A stretch of 57,548 nt of DNA. It comes from Deltaproteobacteria bacterium. Its GTDB lineage: Bacteria; Desulfobacterota; Syntrophia; Syntrophales; UBA2210. Below, piece after piece: positions 54,543 to 57,548 of the stretch; position 1 is the first letter of the stretch, and the number at the start of each line of letters is the position of its first letter. The DNA lies in NCBI GenBank assembly GCA_019313695.1, contig JAFDAS010000015.1, positions 1 through 57,548 of the forward strand, in the 5' to 3' direction. The notes beneath the pieces were generated by a model. It worked only from the letters and a program-made list of their open reading frames with translations. It was not told the DNA's origin and searched no databases. The translations under genes were made by a program, and so were the position numbers.

Positions 54543-55253
54543 TTATCCAGCCTTTAGGACATTTCTTACATCCACAGGATCTATTTTAACCCCCGGGCCC
54601 ATGGTAGTGGAGAGAGAGATGGCTTTCAGATATGTCCCTTTACTGGATGCAGGCTTCAGCTTCATTATGGATTCTACCAACGCCAGGATGTTTTCCATCA
54701 ACTTGTTAGTTCCGAATGAAACCTTCCCTACAGGACTGTGAACTATTCCCGCCTTTTCTACCCTGAACTCAACCTTGCCCGCCTTAAGTTCTTCAACCGC
54801 GTTCTTTACGTCAAAAGTCACAGTACCGACCTTGGGATTGGGCATCAAACCACGCGGACCAAGAATCTTGCCCAGTTTTCCAACATTGCCCATCATATCC
54901 GGGGTGGCAACAACCCTGTCAAATTCCATCCACCCGCCCTTAATCTTTTCAATGAGATCGTCCGAACCGGCAAAGTCCGCCCCGGCATCAAGGGCTTCTC
55001 TTTCCTTGTCTCCCTTTGCGAAAACAAGCACTCTCACGGACTTGCCGAGACCATTGGGGAGAACCACACTCCCCCTTATCATCTGGTCTGCGTGTTTGGG
55101 ATTTACACCCAGTTTAATGGCAACATCGGCAGTCTCGTCGAATTTCGCCCTTGTGGTAGATACCGCAAGCTCCACAGCCTCTTCCAGTGAATAACGCTTC
55201 CCGGACTCTACCTTTTCTCTCTCTTCCAAGTATCTCTTACCTTTATTAGACAT
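54543..55253 (-). CDS. rplA: 50S ribosomal protein L1
   Basis: [16 protein letters not shown] and TMGPG. Confidence 0.98.
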   Translation of the reverse strand: MSNKGKRYLEEREKVESGKRYSLEEAVELAVSTTRAKFDETADVAIKLGVNPKHADQMIRGSVVLPNGLGKSVRVLVFAKGDKEREALDAGADFAGSDDLIEKIKGGWMEFDRVVATPDMMGNVGKLGKILGPRGLMPNPKVGTVTFDVKNAVEELKAGKVEFRVEKAGIVHSPVGKVSFGTNKLMENILALVESIMKLKPASSKGTYLKAISLSTTMGPGVKIDPVDVRNVLKAG

Positions 55254-55276
55254 CTCCACAAAACTCCGAAGTAGAT

Positions 55277-55702
55277 TTATTTGGCAATCTCAATACCCAT
55301 GGACCTTGCGGTCCCTTCTACTGTAGCCATAGCTCCGTCAATATCTATGGCATTCAAATCCTCATACTTTATCTCAGCGATTTCTCTCAGCTGCCTGGAG
55401 GTTACTGCCCCCACTTTTTCTCTCTTGGGATCTCCCGCGCCCTTCGCAATCTTTGCCGCCTGTTTTAACAAAACGGATGTCGGCGGCGTTTTGGTAATAA
55501 AGGTAAACGATTTATCAGCATATACGGTTATCACAACCGGTATTATCATGCCTTCCTGATTCTGCGTGAGGGCATTATAGGCCTTACAGAATTCCATGAT
55601 ATTAACCCCATGCTGGCCCAATGCAGGACCAATAGGCGGCGATGGCGTGGCCTTGCCGGCCTGAACCTGAAGCTTTATGCTCGCAATAACCTTCTTAGCC
55701 AT
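55277..55702 (-). CDS. rplK: 50S ribosomal protein L11
   Basis: [10 protein letters not shown] and GTARSMG. Confidence 0.98.
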   Translation of the reverse strand: MAKKVIASIKLQVQAGKATPSPPIGPALGQHGVNIMEFCKAYNALTQNQEGMIIPVVITVYADKSFTFITKTPPTSVLLKQAAKIAKGAGDPKREKVGAVTSRQLREIAEIKYEDLNAIDIDGAMATVEGTARSMGIEIAK

Positions 55703-55751
55703 TAGATTCCCCTTTACTTAGTTCCATTTTCAAAATTCTCTTACGGTTTCT

Positions 55752-56282
55752 TTAATTCTGGACAACCTGTATAAACTCCAGCTCCACAGGCGTTGATCTA
55801 CCAAAGATGCTCACTATTACTCTCAATTTACCCTTTTCCGGTTTGACTTCATCAACCACCCCGTCAAAATTTAAAAAGGGACCATCCACAATCCTCACAT
55901 GATCTCCAGTCTCAAACTTAAACTTCGGGCTGGGCTTCAACGTGCCCTCATCTATCTTGGTCTTCAATAACTGGACAGATTCATCGGATATAGGCGACGG
56001 TCTGTCCCTCATTCCTATGAAACCGGTGACTTTGGGGGTGTCCTTCACTATGTGCCATGTATCGTCGTTCAACTCCATCTTTACAAGGATATACCCGGGG
56101 AAAAATTTTCTCTTTGAGGTCTTCTTCTCACCTTTTTTGAGTTCGACCACATCCTCCTCCGGTATCAGTATGTCAGCAAAATAATCCTGCATACCAAAGG
56201 TGGTCACTCTCTCCTCCAGGGAGAGCTTTACCCTGTTTTCAAAACCCGAGTATGTATGGACAACATACCAGTTGAAAGCCAT
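55752..56282 (-). CDS. nusG: Transcription factor NusG
   Basis: [18 protein letters not shown] and [10 protein letters not shown]. Confidence 0.98.
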   Translation of the reverse strand: MAFNWYVVHTYSGFENRVKLSLEERVTTFGMQDYFADILIPEEDVVELKKGEKKTSKRKFFPGYILVKMELNDDTWHIVKDTPKVTGFIGMRDRPSPISDESVQLLKTKIDEGTLKPSPKFKFETGDHVRIVDGPFLNFDGVVDEVKPEKGKLRVIVSIFGRSTPVELEFIQVVQN

Positions 56283-56286
56283 ATTT

Positions 56287-56490
56287 TTAACCCAAAACCA
56301 ATCTTATTATTCTGGTAAGGCCAAGATCTACGACCCCGAGAAATAGGGACATGATAATGACCACAACAATCACGACAGAAGTCGAGGCAAGCGCCTCCTT
56401 CGGGGTTGGCCATGTCACCTTCCTCAGTTCAACCCTTGCCTCCTTCAAAAAGCGAGTTACCCTGTTTATCATCAACTTGATCTTTTCCAT
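56287..56490 (-). CDS. secE: Preprotein translocase SecE
   Basis: ELRKVTWP plus one TM helix; upstream of nusG. Confidence 0.96.
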   Translation of the reverse strand: MEKIKLMINRVTRFLKEARVELRKVTWPTPKEALASTSVVIVVVIIMSLFLGVVDLGLTRIIRLVLG

Positions 56491-56514
56491 TCAATATACC
56501 CGGCAAAAGCATAA

Positions 56515-56591
56515 TGGCAGGCCAGGAGGGACTCGAACCCCCAACACCCGGATTTGGAGTCCGGTGCTCTAGCCATTAGAGCTACTGGCCT
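56515..56591 (-). tRNA. tRNA-Trp(CCA)
   Basis: AGGCCAG acceptor, loop CTCCAAA, CCA end. Confidence 0.96.
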
Positions 56592-56724
56592 GTTTCAAAT
56601 AACATATCCTTATTTGAGACCCTGGAAACCCACAAGGGGGTATCCTCAAATTTCCACATCCCGTAATACTAACATACCCAGGAAATCCGACCATCCGGCA
56701 CGCCCTGAGATGTAAACAGATATC

Positions 56725-56874
56725 CTATTTCGTCTCTCTGTGCGTTGTATGCCGCTGGCAAAATTTGCAATATTTCTTCATTTCAAGACGATTTTTCGTA
56801 ATCCGCTTGTTCTTCGTTGTCGTGTAATTTCTCTGCTTGCATTCACCACATGCAAGGATAACAATGTCTCTCAT
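56725..56874 (-). CDS. rpmG: 50S ribosomal protein L33 (Zn-binding type); missed by the ORF track
   Basis: Manual translation [49 protein letters not shown]. Confidence 0.96.
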   Translation of the reverse strand: MRDIVILACGECKQRNYTTTKNKRITKNRLEMKKYCKFCQRHTTHRETK

Positions 56875-56899
56875 TCCAATAAACCCGCTTCCCTCAAAA

Positions 56900-56975
56900 T
56901 GGAGCCCACGACCAGGATTGAACTGGTGACCTCATCCTTACCAAGGATGTGCTCTACCAACTGAGCTACGTGGGC
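56900..56975 (-). tRNA. tRNA-Thr(GGT)
   Basis: GCCCACG acceptor, loop TTGGTAA, CCA end. Confidence 0.96.
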
Positions 56976-57029
56976 CGATAAAAACCCTTTTTTCCACACC
57001 CTGATAACACACCCTGATAAATCAAAAAA

Positions 57030-57105
57030 TGGAGCGGGAAACGGGATTCGAACCCGCGACCCTCAGCTTGGAAGGCTGACGCTCTAGCCACTGAGCTACT
57101 CCCGC
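57030..57105 (-). tRNA. tRNA-Gly(TCC)
   Basis: GCGGGAG acceptor, TCC anticodon, CCA end. Confidence 0.96.
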
Positions 57106-57133
57106 CTCCTGAAAACCCAAAATGACAAAAATA

Positions 57134-57218
57134 TGGTGGAGGGGGGAGGATTTGAACCTCCGTAGGCTTCGCCGGCAGATTTACAGTCTGCTCCCTTTGA
57201 CCACTCGGGAACCCCTCC
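57134..57218 (-). tRNA. tRNA-Tyr(GTA)
   Basis: GGAGGGG acceptor, loop CTGTAAA, long variable arm, 85 nt. Confidence 0.96.
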
Positions 57219-57236
57219 ACGTTAATCAACAGTAAC

Positions 57237-57312
57237 TGGAGCTGGCGATGGGACTCGAACCCGCGACCTGCTGATTACAAATCAGCTGCTCTACCAATTG
57301 AGCTACGCCAGC
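57237..57312 (-). tRNA. tRNA-Thr(TGT)
   Basis: GCTGGCG acceptor, loop TTTGTAA, CCA end. Confidence 0.96.
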
Positions 57313-57392
57313 AAGTGTTAACTTATGCATATTACAGAGAATTCTCTGATACAGCCCAACCGCATTCCTATCTCCTTGAATGCAAGAGTGGG

Positions 57393-57421
57393 AGACTAAA
57401 TCTAAAAAATGTATTTGTCAA
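57393..57421 (-). promoter_or_regulatory. Sigma70 promoter of the tRNA-Thr-Tyr-Gly-Thr operon
   Basis: TTGACA-N17-TAGTCT. Confidence 0.7.
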
Positions 57422-57436
57422 GAGTTTTTTATTAGT

Positions 57437-57548
57437 TGTTATTGCAATATGATTATGTCACCCCTAAGCTGCAATATGATTATGTCACCTATTGTTTGAA
57501 TAAGGTAGAGAAAGAAGCATCTCAAGAGGAGAAGGAGGTGCTTCATGG
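57437..57548 (+). mobile_element. Left end (IRL, RBS and transposase start) of an IS1202/ISNCY-like insertion sequence
   Basis: Begins TGT; exact 20-bp repeat TGCAATATGATTATGTCACC at 57443-57462 and 57470-57489; AAGGAGG then ATG at 57545; inverted match to 60-110. Confidence 0.72.

Noticed and set aside
56995-57020. 13-bp tandem duplication CACACCCTGATAA between tRNA-Gly and tRNA-Thr
   Set aside because: Likely a neutral slippage event in a spacer.
57443-57489. Exact 20-bp direct repeat as a CRISPR array start
   Set aside because: Only two units with a 7-nt spacer; explained as IS end repeats.
1-57548. Whole window as a composite transposon or circular element
   Set aside because: The content is essential chromosomal core; two independent IS insertions breaking the assembly is simpler.

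Overview
A 57.5 kb bacterial chromosomal contig, probably Desulfobacterota/deltaproteobacterial (Syntrophales-like; inferred from gene order and protein style). About 23-57 kb is core translation and transcription machinery on the minus strand: tRNA-Thr/Tyr/Gly/Thr, rpmG, tRNA-Trp, secE-nusG, rplKAJL, rpoBC, rpsLG-tuf (no fusA), the S10-spc-alpha cluster, folC, lptD, rplM-rpsI-argC and cysS. The first 20 kb is accessory. It holds (i) a degenerate tRNA-Gln(CTG) abutting tRNA-Glu(CTC); (ii) a crt-hbd pair; (iii) an ~9 kb integrase-free island bounded by a direct repeat that duplicates the 3' end of a PPIase gene, carrying an XRE-cupin regulator, two dehydrogenases, a Liv-type ABC transporter and a BKACE (DUF849) enzyme; (iv) a palindromic MITE/REP-like element; (v) an eroded integron-like cassette array (two orphan genes plus higBA) without intI; and (vi) an orphan MqsA-like antitoxin next to radC. 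Both window ends are termini of the same TGT...ACA insertion sequence type (IS1202/ISNCY-like). Three core genes (cysS, rpmJ, probably lptD) carry clean internal or terminal deletions, the first two of roughly 75-80 bp, which may be a systematic assembly artefact. No rRNA or CRISPR array was seen.
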